This document shows, piece after piece, positions 50,500 to 59,409 of a stretch of 64,000 nt of DNA. A program made the position numbers and the translations under genes. The DNA is from an uncultured Gammaproteobacteria bacterium. GTDB lineage: Bacteria; Patescibacteriota; Patescibacteriia; UBA10025; JAHIVO01. Under the pieces are notes generated by a model. That model was not told where the DNA came from and did not search any database. It worked only from the letters and a program-made list of their open reading frames with translations. The DNA lies in NCBI GenBank assembly GCA_964415025.1, contig CAYPXF010000003.1, forward strand, positions 41,523-105,522. Reading direction: 5' to 3'. Position 1 is the stretch's first letter. Every line of letters starts with the position of its first letter.

Positions 50500-52089
50500 C
50501 TATTTGATCATAATACGCGTACTGGTAACCCGGGCTGGATGACGTAATCTTGGCTCGATTACCAAGCAGTATAAAATATACTCATCAGACGGAACATTAC
50601 GCAGGTCAGCTTCTAGAGTGAAGACAGGCTTGTTGCTAGTCCGCTCAAAACCGATGACTATATCTGTCTTCTCCAAAAACTTAAGTACCGGAAATGCATG
50701 GTCACTCATCTGGGACCAGAATACTGAATCAATTGTGACGCTTGTCCGGCCGACTCGCTTACGGGCCTGAACTGGAGAGAGATACCATACAACCAGCGAT
50801 GAATCATCTTCTGGTAAACCGTAATTTGTCACCAATGCTTTTAATGAATCAGTATGCCGAAATGATCTGAACGGTAAAGCAGTATAGTCTGTTTCATTAA
50901 TAATTAATTGATTTTGCTTTCCGGTGCGGCGGTCGTAATACATGACAATATCGCTTATTCCATTTTTAACATTATGACCTGGTACTTCCAGGTCAATACT
51001 GTAAATTGTCTTATTGTCAGTGCCGGTTTCCTGCGGCGTCACTGCGATCTGCCAGGTACCTGGTTTTACTGTCGTACGTAACGCAGCGAAGTAATAACTA
51101 CCTTTCGGGCACTGGCGTTGGGGTATGCGAATCGTTTCTGTAGCACTGCTACCCTTGATGGAATAAGGCGGCAGCGTACTGCGTACAACCTGTTCAATAC
51201 GAAAATTAATACTACCATTAGTATCAGCACCGAATTGATCTAGCGGCACAGCTACTGTCGACCATACTTCGTATGTATTACGCCCTACCTTGCGCTGGAA
51301 TATTTGCATGGCCATATTCAGATCTTTTTCCGCTTCTGGCAATGCCTCATACAGTGGTGGTTGTTCCCGATTGCTGACCTGGCGGTGAAATGATTTTATG
51401 GCGCGATGCTGACGGGTCTGCATTTCATCAGGTGAATACCGAGCGTAGCCGGCTGGATCGTCTTTGTCAATCCAAGCCACCACTTGGTCAAAATACCCGA
51501 GGGCTTCATTGCCCTGGAGCTGGATATAGGTACTGCGGCGGGGATATGACATCTGGCAATGAATACATTTCTTCCACTGTTTTAATTCCCCACTACTGGA
51601 GACACACGGACCTTCATATTCCCTAGAATAGAATAATCCTTGTACGCCCAACTGAATGGCAACATAGGCGCGCCGGTCATTTGTTTCCCACCACTTTCCG
51701 GCAAACTGGTCGCACCATTTAATCCTTTTCTGTAAATCCCGATACCACTCATTTTCCGGAGTGTCAGGATTATTTCTGGTATCCATATACTGTATATATG
51801 CCTGGATGATAGAGTCAATCTCATCCCATTCGGTAAGTATGTCTTTATCACTGATCTGACCATAAATGCTCTTCCCATGAGCATCATTGGCCGAGGTCCG
51901 TAATATACGGAATACCTGGATTAGTTTTTCACGGCGTATCAGCTCACGTTCAGCATCAGTTGTATCGCGCTCGGCAATCCATGCCTTTTTTGCACGTTCA
52001 GACAGTGTTCTCGCCCCTTGCTTGCTGCCGGCACAAGCGCTGATAGATACGATCAACAGCACAATAATTACGGCAATCAGTTTCCACAT
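50500..52089 (-). CDS. Lipoprotein with a diverged GWxTD-like domain
   Basis: AAGGAGG SD, signal peptide ending ISAC; PDTPENEW...RIKWCDQF...WWETNDRRAYVAIQLG resembles the GWxTD signature. Confidence 0.6.
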   Translation of the reverse strand: MWKLIAVIIVLLIVSISACAGSKQGARTLSERAKKAWIAERDTTDAERELIRREKLIQVFRILRTSANDAHGKSIYGQISDKDILTEWDEIDSIIQAYIQYMDTRNNPDTPENEWYRDLQKRIKWCDQFAGKWWETNDRRAYVAIQLGVQGLFYSREYEGPCVSSSGELKQWKKCIHCQMSYPRRSTYIQLQGNEALGYFDQVVAWIDKDDPAGYARYSPDEMQTRQHRAIKSFHRQVSNREQPPLYEALPEAEKDLNMAMQIFQRKVGRNTYEVWSTVAVPLDQFGADTNGSINFRIEQVVRSTLPPYSIKGSSATETIRIPQRQCPKGSYYFAALRTTVKPGTWQIAVTPQETGTDNKTIYSIDLEVPGHNVKNGISDIVMYYDRRTGKQNQLIINETDYTALPFRSFRHTDSLKALVTNYGLPEDDSSLVVWYLSPVQARKRVGRTSVTIDSVFWSQMSDHAFPVLKFLEKTDIVIGFERTSNKPVFTLEADLRNVPSDEYILYCLVIEPRLRHPARVTSTRIMIK

Positions 52090-52177
52090 GGAAAACCTCC
52101 TTGTATATTTTGTCAACGTTCATTTTTACAATTTAATAGAGCCTTTCAGCTTACCTAAAATATCCATTATTGTCAAA

Positions 52178-52209
52178 CAAAAATACCCTCGCAGATGAGG
52201 GTATTTTTG
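52178..52209. terminator. Intrinsic terminator
   Basis: CAAAAATACCCTC/GAGGGTATTTTTG. Confidence 0.8.
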
Positions 52210-52229
52210 GCATACCAACTACTGAAATA

Positions 52230-52463
52230 CTACTGGGCTAAATACGATGTTCCGTCAATGCTAAAGCATTGTGTCACCCATTTGGCACATTCGTTTGTTT
52301 CTGCATCACCATTATTTACAAATTCAATGCATACTTCATGGCAATCATCGAGTCCTTCCTGATTTGCCATAGCACGGGCATCTGCATCATACGCATAAAA
52401 CCCAAGAATGCCGGCACTGACTATAATGGCGGCCAACATGCTAATTATAAATTTTTTTGTCAT
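52230..52463 (-). CDS. Small exported Cys-containing protein
   Basis: AAGGA SD, signal peptide, four Cys, downstream terminator. Confidence 0.65.
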   Translation of the reverse strand: MTKKFIISMLAAIIVSAGILGFYAYDADARAMANQEGLDDCHEVCIEFVNNGDAETNECAKWVTQCFSIDGTSYLAQ

Positions 52464-52754
52464 AGTATTGTCCTTGATTAAAGATTAGCAATATACGACC
52501 TTTATACCCTCTCTTTTATTTAGACTATCATGACTGCCTTTTTACGGCAAATCTGCTTATCCACAGTAAATTTGTAATTGCCACGTATGCATTATTTTCC
52601 TAATTTTAAATCATAAATCATTGTACGGATAAAATTAATTAAATAATGTACTTTTCTGTATTTATCCGGATCTGAACAAGCTGCTGTGCAGTAAATGAAT
52701 ACTTACAATCCATTACTATAGCCAGCCGCTTAAAAGTCTGAGAATTAGTGTCTA

Positions 52755-52892
52755 AAGAATGGGGTCCTTGACACCTTACGTAATGCCCGAGGTGAATTGG
52801 CAAAGAAAGGTCTAAAGATTACAGCCAGTGCGCCGATGTTTAATACCGATGGCAAACTTATTGGCTACTATCTGGTAGCATACCCAGCCTAA
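52755..52892 (+). pseudogene. Gene remnant
   Basis: Protein-like frame KNGVLDTLRNARGELAKKG...IGYYLVAYPA* with stops upstream, followed by a terminator. Confidence 0.35.
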
Positions 52893-52910
52893 CAACGTTT
52901 TCATGGTCCT

Positions 52911-52942
52911 GTCCGTGTGTCTATTTCACACGGACTTTTTTT
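52911..52942 (+). terminator. Intrinsic terminator
   Basis: GTCCGTGTG/CACACGGAC + T7. Confidence 0.8.
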
Positions 52943-53088
52943 ATTGCTTACACTGAACCAACTTCAACAACTAATCTGCTGATTACAAAAAAGTAGTGCC
53001 TATAGACAATATAACTAATCAAACCCTAATACTTGAATGGCTCATATCTAATGTATCATTTGATTATTAATTAATTGGGATTTTCCGC

Positions 53089-53340
53089 TTATTCCATATG
53101 CACTTCCCGCAAATGCCACTCCAGTGCCTCGGGATTATAAAACAGTACAAACGTATTCCCCTGGCTCGAGCAGGCAAAACACCAGTGGTAATGATCCCCC
53201 ACCTTAGTCCGGTAAACCAGGTTTACCTTTTCAATACCATAACGCCGGCCAGAGGGGCGCAAAAAGGCCACTGGCTTTACGCATTTCCCATGAAAATCCG
53301 CAAATACGCGGATGAGCTCATCTATCTTTTCCACATGCAT
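53089..53340 (-). CDS. Small beta-rich protein of the kind often found beside DinB (DUF6504-like)
   Basis: KPVAF...GRRYGIEKV...F.L.Y.P...EW.L pattern; perfect-spacing promoter immediately upstream. Confidence 0.7.
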   Translation of the reverse strand: MHVEKIDELIRVFADFHGKCVKPVAFLRPSGRRYGIEKVNLVYRTKVGDHYHWCFACSSQGNTFVLFYNPEALEWHLREVHME

Positions 53341-53348
53341 ACCTTGCT

Positions 53349-53377
53349 ATTATAACCGAAGAATAACCGAAGGTCAA
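53349..53377 (-). promoter_or_regulatory. sigma70 promoter with TTCGG-N6-TTCGG direct repeat in spacer (candidate LexA box)
   Basis: Minus strand TTGACC-TTCGG TTATTC TTCGG T-TATAAT, 17 bp spacing. Confidence 0.75.
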
Positions 53378-53616
53378 GCCTCTCGTAACTTTTGCCCTGA
53401 ACAAATAAGGAGATTCTGATTATGCCCAAATAAAAAACAGAACAGTCTTGCTACTCCGTTATGTGCGTTTTCAGTGTGTCTTTTTGACAGAAAAGTACAA
53501 GGGCTACGATAAAACCAGTACCACCGCCAACAATCGGTCCTCCCCAGCCAATATCATTATGCAGTGAGCCACTGCTACCACGTCTGAATCAGTATGTCAA
53601 CTATCTCCTGATATTA

Positions 53617-54087
53617 TTAGTAATGGTATTGTTTGCCCTGCTGTATGGTGCCCGCCCGATACAGCTGTTCGAGCAAAATCACTCTCACCATCTCATGGGT
53701 AAACGTCATCTTCGAAAAAGAAACCAACTGGTTGGCGCGGCGCAGCAGTTCAGGTAATAATCCGAGCGGTCCACCGATAATAAACGCGATCTCGCTACCA
53801 AACTTAGACCACTGCTCAAGCTTTTCCGCCCACTCCGGAGAAGTCATCTGTGCTCCGGCCCGATCCAGCGCTAAAATTATTGATCCGTCCGGAATATGTT
53901 TCTTAATCCGTTCGCCTTCTAGCTCTAATATTTTCTGGCGATCAGTCACTTTTTTAATTGGTTCCTGATCTACCTCCACGAGCTTCACCTTAGCATACGG
54001 GTCTAGACGCTTAATATACTCGTCAGCCGCCTGCCGCCAGTGGCGCTCTTTGAGCGAACCTACTGAAATAATGGTTACTTTGAACAT
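53617..54087 (-). CDS. rlmH: 23S rRNA (pseudouridine1915-N3)-methyltransferase
   Basis: EYIKRL, FIIGGPLG, SKMTFTHEMVRVILLEQLYRA, YH. Confidence 0.96.
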   Translation of the reverse strand: MFKVTIISVGSLKERHWRQAADEYIKRLDPYAKVKLVEVDQEPIKKVTDRQKILELEGERIKKHIPDGSIILALDRAGAQMTSPEWAEKLEQWSKFGSEIAFIIGGPLGLLPELLRRANQLVSFSKMTFTHEMVRVILLEQLYRAGTIQQGKQYHY

Positions 54088-54125
54088 ATAATCAATCCTT
54101 ATACTGTTATTATAATACAGTATGA

Positions 54126-54155
54126 AAAAACTTCAAACATATGTTTGAAGTTTTT
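54126..54155. terminator. Perfect 30 bp palindrome, probable bidirectional terminator
   Basis: AAAAACTTCAAACATATGTTTGAAGTTTTT. Confidence 0.6.
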
Positions 54156-54166
54156 GGTATACCACT

Positions 54167-54379
54167 TTATCGCAGATAGCCGATGAGACCAAAGGCAGGC
54201 ACCGTAACGCCGGTTAGTGTTACAGTTATCTCAACAGCAAGCGCGATAATTCGCAGTGGTCTGGTGATCCTTTTCTTTTTGGCAGAACGTGAAACGCCAT
54301 TTGAGTTTCGCCGGAGCGAAATAATAACGAGCGAACCGCCGAAAAGGACCATGAATTTATATACTCCAAAAAATGTCAA
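54167..54379 (-). CDS. Possible small membrane protein or remnant
   Basis: Two hydrophobic stretches around a basic loop, ends just before the palindrome; start uncertain. Confidence 0.3.
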   Translation of the reverse strand: MTFFGVYKFMVLFGGSLVIISLRRNSNGVSRSAKKKRITRPLRIIALAVEITVTLTGVTVPAFGLIGYLR

Positions 54380-54440
54380 GCAAGTATTGGCCTGCTGACA
54401 AAAGTAAGTATTTAAATTTTATCAATTAAAAAATTGTTTG

Positions 54441-56144
54441 CTACCAACTTCCGCCGCCGCCGCCGCCAAAGCCGCCGCCGGAAAATCCCCCACCGCTGCT
54501 AAATCCAGAACCACCACTGCCGCCTGGACGGCTGGCCATGACTTTACCCATGCTGGCATTCATAGAGCCAAGTGACGAAGCCAGGTAGAGCGCGCCAAAT
54601 GATGTCGGATGCCCTTCATACCATTCTGGGGGAGTCACATACATATCCCCAAACTGATCTGCCCATTCTTTTTCTACGCCCAGAACCATGGCATACGGTA
54701 AATATTCTTCAAATTGCTTGGGCGAACGTTCTGGCGCATTATGAAATTTAAGCCGTTCTTTTTCGGTAACTGACAAAAATAGTTTAAAGCCTTCGATGTG
54801 CTCGTGTATTTCGGCACCGCGTTTTGTTTTCCGGGGCATAAACCGGGAAAAAATCAGTGCCACACCACCGCTTAGCATAATCGCCACCCCGGCAACAATA
54901 TTTGAAAAAGCAAACAGCACTATGGCGCCGAGGATGACAATCGGTGCGGTAAACAAACCGTACCGCTGCCGTACCTTTTCTGGATTTGTCGGGAAATATT
55001 CATCAGCTACGACCTGTTCGTACATGGCTTTTTTAATATCCTTAAGATGGATATAAAACTTATTTTTCATGCGGGAGACTGTTTTGGTATCACCCGTATC
55101 AAAAACTGTTTTTAGTATTTCCTGTTCGTGTTTGCCCAGTGTATCATCAGCTTCCTTAATTTTTATAAGTTCATAATCACGGGTTTTTCCTAATAATTTT
55201 TTCCGGTCAATCTCCTTGATCTTCAGATAACCTTTGATTGCCAACTGAATAATCGTTGCGGATATATCATTAAGATCGACTTTTTCATCCACAACAGTAC
55301 CCATTTCACCGGCAGTCATATCGCGTGGCGGCTTATATCGCGGGATAATTGTCCCCCGTCCCTCTGGATCACGGCCGTGGGTAAACCAGATATAGAACAT
55401 GCCAATAATCACGATAAAGGGTATGGCGATGGGCCAGTTATCAGCCAGCCACCAGCGCACTTGCTGCCATGTGCTTGGCCGAGTCACGACACCCTTTGGC
55501 ATACCGAGCACAAAACTCATCCCCTCATATGAGTCCAGCTGTCGATCAGCATATATCGCGATAATGCCGTCACTGCCGATCTGCCAATTACAATACTGAT
55601 TAGTAGAACCGAATATGCCGGTATAGCATGCCACTCGCAGGTCCTGCTTGTCGATTACCCCGGATAAGGATACCGTGGCCAAGGCGTTATGGATCGGCAC
55701 ATCCCATTCAGTACCGGTTACATTCCAGTACAATTCATCATGATCGTCGAAATAATTGATAGCTCGCTGGATAGTATAGGTGATAACATACGTGTGGGTA
55801 CCGCTGACATAAATATCTGCATCGCCAATTTTAATTTCCAGTTCACCGCCCCACTTGGTCGTACTGTAGGGTTGAGTCGCGCCATCCTCATCAGTTACTG
55901 ACTGCACCTGGATCCGGACATTGTATTTCGCTCCATCACGGATGTAGCTATAGGGAATACTACGGTAAATACCGTGCCGTTGCTGATTGCCAAAACTGTA
56001 TTCTATGGTTTCTGTCACGCTGACGGTGCTATCCTGCTGAACAGTAATATCGGATTGCCAACTGGTGATTGATTCAGCATGAACGGCCGTGGCAAATAAA
56101 AAACCGCCCAGTAAAACCAGTGCAGTGATAATGACTTTTTTCAT
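54441..56144 (-). CDS. DUF2207 domain membrane protein
   Basis: HGIYRSIP, DELYWNVTG..W, YLPYAMVLG, Gly-rich GGGGGGSW tail. Confidence 0.93.
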   Translation of the reverse strand: MKKVIITALVLLGGFLFATAVHAESITSWQSDITVQQDSTVSVTETIEYSFGNQQRHGIYRSIPYSYIRDGAKYNVRIQVQSVTDEDGATQPYSTTKWGGELEIKIGDADIYVSGTHTYVITYTIQRAINYFDDHDELYWNVTGTEWDVPIHNALATVSLSGVIDKQDLRVACYTGIFGSTNQYCNWQIGSDGIIAIYADRQLDSYEGMSFVLGMPKGVVTRPSTWQQVRWWLADNWPIAIPFIVIIGMFYIWFTHGRDPEGRGTIIPRYKPPRDMTAGEMGTVVDEKVDLNDISATIIQLAIKGYLKIKEIDRKKLLGKTRDYELIKIKEADDTLGKHEQEILKTVFDTGDTKTVSRMKNKFYIHLKDIKKAMYEQVVADEYFPTNPEKVRQRYGLFTAPIVILGAIVLFAFSNIVAGVAIMLSGGVALIFSRFMPRKTKRGAEIHEHIEGFKLFLSVTEKERLKFHNAPERSPKQFEEYLPYAMVLGVEKEWADQFGDMYVTPPEWYEGHPTSFGALYLASSLGSMNASMGKVMASRPGGSGGSGFSSGGGFSGGGFGGGGGGSW

Positions 56145-56238
56145 AAAAGCCTGTGCTCAATAATCTCATTTCCAGTATACCATAAAAGCACCATCTCGAA
56201 AATACGGATTATGATGAGACGCTATCCTTTGCCCATAC

Positions 56239-56421
56239 CTAAATAAAATCCTTTTCACCTAGCGTGGCGATGGCACGATGACAGTCATCACAGTAGACCG
56301 GCTCCTGTATCTGCTCCCCGCAGCCAGAGCAATAATTACGTACGTGCCGGATACCTAGATACCGTTTCATGTGCTGGAACTTCGCATCTTCCACGAGCTC
56401 TTGCTTTGTTTTTTTATTCAT
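56239..56421 (-). CDS. Small zinc-finger-like protein
   Basis: GGAGG SD (56424-56428), CSGC...CDDC. Confidence 0.65.
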   Translation of the reverse strand: MNKKTKQELVEDAKFQHMKRYLGIRHVRNYCSGCGEQIQEPVYCDDCHRAIATLGEKDFI

Positions 56422-56440
56422 AGCCTCCTGGTATTAATAC

Positions 56441-56720
56441 CAACGTGCTCGGCAGGACTCTATTCTGTTCTTCGTATACAGAGTCCTGGCTATTGCAGGA
56501 ATCCGGATCAAACAAGTGTACGAAGTAGCTCTGGAGCTATTCCCTAGTACCTTACTTGATACCAGCCCTGTCATGCGAAGCAGTCCCGCCGAACACGCTG
56601 CTAATAATAAAGGCGCAAAAAAACCAACACGTTTTTCATACTTTGTATTGGCTTTTGTTTTGTGTTTGGTTTTGTTTTCCGCCGATCCTGAAAACGTCCA
56701 AAACACTTGTTTAATTGTGC
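56441..56720 (-). ncRNA. Candidate structured RNA / long 5' leader
   Basis: 19 bp closing stem 56600-56582/56459-56441 with three G-U pairs on the minus strand, internal hairpins, promoter TTGACT-17-TATTAT at 56755-56727. Confidence 0.55.
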
Positions 56721-56775
56721 ATTTATATAATACTGATGCACTATTTATTAGTCAATGTGGATAACTGCTTATCTG

Positions 56776-57441
56776 CTATTTCCATGTAAACGGGTTAAAC
56801 CTGGTGCTGTAATCATACGCGTCAGACTGTTCGGCATGTTTGAGGAATCCGACGATCCGGTATGTCACTGGCGTAAAAATAGTTTCCAGACCTACCTTGA
56901 AAATATAATTTGATATTATAATAGTCACTAATAATCCGAACGGCAATATCCCGCCAAAAGCGACGGTAACGAATAATACCGTATCAAGTCCCTGACCAAC
57001 TATAGTCGAACCAATAATCCGTGACCACAGATGTTTGCCGCCAGTCCATAGCTTCATTTTTGCTAAAATGTATGAATTAGAAAACTCGCCAAACAAATAA
57101 GCAACCAGTGAAGCAACTACAATACGCGGGGTAAGACCGAGAATAGCGTCATAGGCTGCCTGACTGTGCCAGTCTGTGGCAGCCGGCAATGCGCCGACGA
57201 TGATGAACACAAGTGACATCAGTAGAGCGCTGGCAAATCCGGTCCATATCACGCGGCGTGCCCGCCGGTACCCGTATACTTCTGTCAGTACATCGCCAAA
57301 AATATATACCAGCGGGAATAATAACGTCCCGCCGTCAAACGTGAACGGTCCGAACTGGACTATTTTTGTGGAGGCAACGTTTGAAATCAGCAGCACGGCT
57401 ACAAATACGCCAAGGATGATGTCAAAGTATTTGTATCTCAT
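56776..57441 (-). CDS. Queuosine precursor transporter (YhhQ/VUT family)
   Basis: LLISNVASTK, FPLVYIFGDVLTEVYG, RIVVASLVAY, STIVGQGLDT; ATGA overlap with upstream gene. Confidence 0.9.
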   Translation of the reverse strand: MRYKYFDIILGVFVAVLLISNVASTKIVQFGPFTFDGGTLLFPLVYIFGDVLTEVYGYRRARRVIWTGFASALLMSLVFIIVGALPAATDWHSQAAYDAILGLTPRIVVASLVAYLFGEFSNSYILAKMKLWTGGKHLWSRIIGSTIVGQGLDTVLFVTVAFGGILPFGLLVTIIISNYIFKVGLETIFTPVTYRIVGFLKHAEQSDAYDYSTRFNPFTWK

Positions 57442-58172
57442 GGTTTTCTGATCACAGCCAGCCAGCCAAATTTTATGACTGCAGTAATAATCCTGGGCAA
57501 CCGCCATGGCTGGCGCATGACCCGATACAGCCATTCGAGACCCATGGAGCGCATTGGCCGGGGCGCTCGCCGGACCTGGCCAGATATATAATCAAACGAG
57601 CCGCCGACTCCCATGGCGACGCGCACGGTTTTTAATTTCGGCAGATTACGGTAAATCCATTTTTCCTGCCTAACCTGGCCAAAAGCCACAAACAATATGT
57701 CTGGTTTTTTTCGATTAATCATCCTGACGATTTTTTTGTCTTTTATTGGCCGGTGCCAGCGCCGGTAACCTGTTTCCGCGCCTGCAATTTTGAGGGCTGG
57801 ATACTGTTTTACTAGCTCACGCGCTGCTTGTTCAGGAACATGGCGTTTGGAGCCGAGTAAAAATACTGATTTACCCTGTTCACTGGCCAGCCGGCAGATA
57901 TCCATAAGCAAATCCACGCCAGTAATTCGGGTAGCTAATTTTTTCCCTTGGCGCCGCGCGGCCAGGACTAGACCGAAACCGTCAGCCACAGACAGGTCAG
58001 CGTGATTTAAAATATGTCTGAATTCATCATCACGCCGCGCGGCTATGACAAACTCCGGATTGATGGTAACGATATAATGGCTGTTATCACTGTCAACAAA
58101 CGACTGTACGCGCTTCAGCGTTTCCGATTTACTAACGTTGTCGATTGTCACTCCTAGAATATTAAGTTTCAT
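57438..58172 (-). CDS. WecB/TagA/CpsF family glycosyltransferase
   Basis: VTINPE, ADGFG, RITGVDL, QEKW, GVGGSFD, RAP, GLEWLYR. Confidence 0.94.
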   Translation of the reverse strand: MKLNILGVTIDNVSKSETLKRVQSFVDSDNSHYIVTINPEFVIAARRDDEFRHILNHADLSVADGFGLVLAARRQGKKLATRITGVDLLMDICRLASEQGKSVFLLGSKRHVPEQAARELVKQYPALKIAGAETGYRRWHRPIKDKKIVRMINRKKPDILFVAFGQVRQEKWIYRNLPKLKTVRVAMGVGGSFDYISGQVRRAPRPMRSMGLEWLYRVMRQPWRLPRIITAVIKFGWLAVIRKP

Positions 58173-58277
58173 ACGGTAAATGTGTCGTGATATATTTGTT
58201 GACTATTTTTGTGTTATACATGCGGGTGGGGGCCTCTTGTCCATGACCCGCTTTTGTTGTTATTTTGTTCTATACTT

Positions 58278-58550
58278 CTAGACTGAAAAATAATTTGACT
58301 TGCGGCTGGTATGTTTTTTATATTCAGCTACTGCCCCCAATTCAATAAAAGTAATATCGGCAACACAAATCATTTTTGTCTTTGTTTCCGTGGGCTTGGA
58401 CAGCACCGCGCCCTCATACCAATGCCGACCAAACAGCGTTCCGGCTTTGCCTGTAATTAATATGTAATTATGGCTGGCTCGGGTTATAAATCCATAGTTA
58501 GCGCAGTCATCTTCAACGTCAAATGGTGTAATTCGTTCTGTGCTATATCT
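58278..58550 (-). pseudogene. Start-less 90-codon open frame continuing in frame after the thpR stop
   Basis: RYSTERITPFDVEDD...GRHWYEGAVL...SNYFSV* read manually. Confidence 0.35.
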
Positions 58551-59099
58551 TTATAATAATGTAAAGGTTTTAATAATTGAATATACGGCTTGCTTGGGAT
58601 TGGTTTGACTATTGACCAGTGCGATTTCATTGGCTGTAAATGCGTGCTGAAAGTGAAGCTTAGTCAAGGCCCGGAAGTTTACGCGTATCGGCTGCATCCG
58701 TCCTAACGTGATATGGCTTGCTGCCAGATGCCGCATAGGCTGTCCAATGCCCCGCGCGTCAATAGCGGTATTGATGTCAGAACTGATATCCTGCAGGGAC
58801 TGCGACCCGGTGATATTCAGACAAATAACACGCGGTAAAGCAAATGACGGTAATACGATGAAATCCTGTATACGAACAGATAAGGGCTCATAGGCTGCTA
58901 TATAGCGCGCAACGATTTTCTGTACCCGCTGAATTTCACTGTCTGTGATGTACCCCAGCCAACGGAGCGTGATATGCCACTTATTAGGCGGTTCCCAGCG
59001 TACTGGCCAGTCAAATCTTTTTAATTTTTGCTGGATTCCCAGTATGGCCTTTTTCGTCTGTTCAGGCAAGGTAATAGCTAAAAATAAACGGTTTTTCAT
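58551..59099 (-). CDS. thpR: RNA 2',3'-cyclic phosphodiesterase (2H family)
   Basis: RLFLAI, two HITL motifs. Confidence 0.9.
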   Translation of the reverse strand: MKNRLFLAITLPEQTKKAILGIQQKLKRFDWPVRWEPPNKWHITLRWLGYITDSEIQRVQKIVARYIAAYEPLSVRIQDFIVLPSFALPRVICLNITGSQSLQDISSDINTAIDARGIGQPMRHLAASHITLGRMQPIRVNFRALTKLHFQHAFTANEIALVNSQTNPKQAVYSIIKTFTLL

Positions 59100-59206
59100 A
59101 GCTACATTATATCGTTCCAGAGCTTCATTGACAATAAACAATAGCTTTACTACACTAGATAGTAAAACTACTATTAATCGTACATTATACAAGCAAGGAG
59201 GCACTA

Positions 59207-59338
59207 TTGAAAACGTACAAAATGGGTCAAATCCAGCAAGCCAAGGATGAAAATATGGATACTTCTTTTTGGCCCGGATTGGGCTTTATAATTATTGCTA
59301 TGACAGCAATAATCGTAGCTATCGCTTGCTCAAATTAA
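59207..59338 (+). CDS. 43 aa single-TM peptide (below ORF-track cutoff)
   Basis: TTGACA-17-TACACT promoter (59128-59156), AAGGAGG SD, TTG start, terminator 59344-59376. Confidence 0.65.
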   Translation: MKTYKMGQIQQAKDENMDTSFWPGLGFIIIAMTAIIVAIACSN

Positions 59339-59343
59339 TTATC

Positions 59344-59376
59344 AGCCCCCGATGGTACATATCATGGGGGCTTTTT
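59344..59376 (+). terminator. Intrinsic terminator
   Basis: AGCCCCC/GGGGGCT + T run. Confidence 0.75.
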
Positions 59377-59409
59377 ATTATTTGCTGATTTTGCTATACT
59401 GTACCATAC

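Noticed and set aside
54444-54530. GCC-rich tandem repeat
   Set aside because: Encodes the normal Gly-rich tail of the DUF2207 protein.
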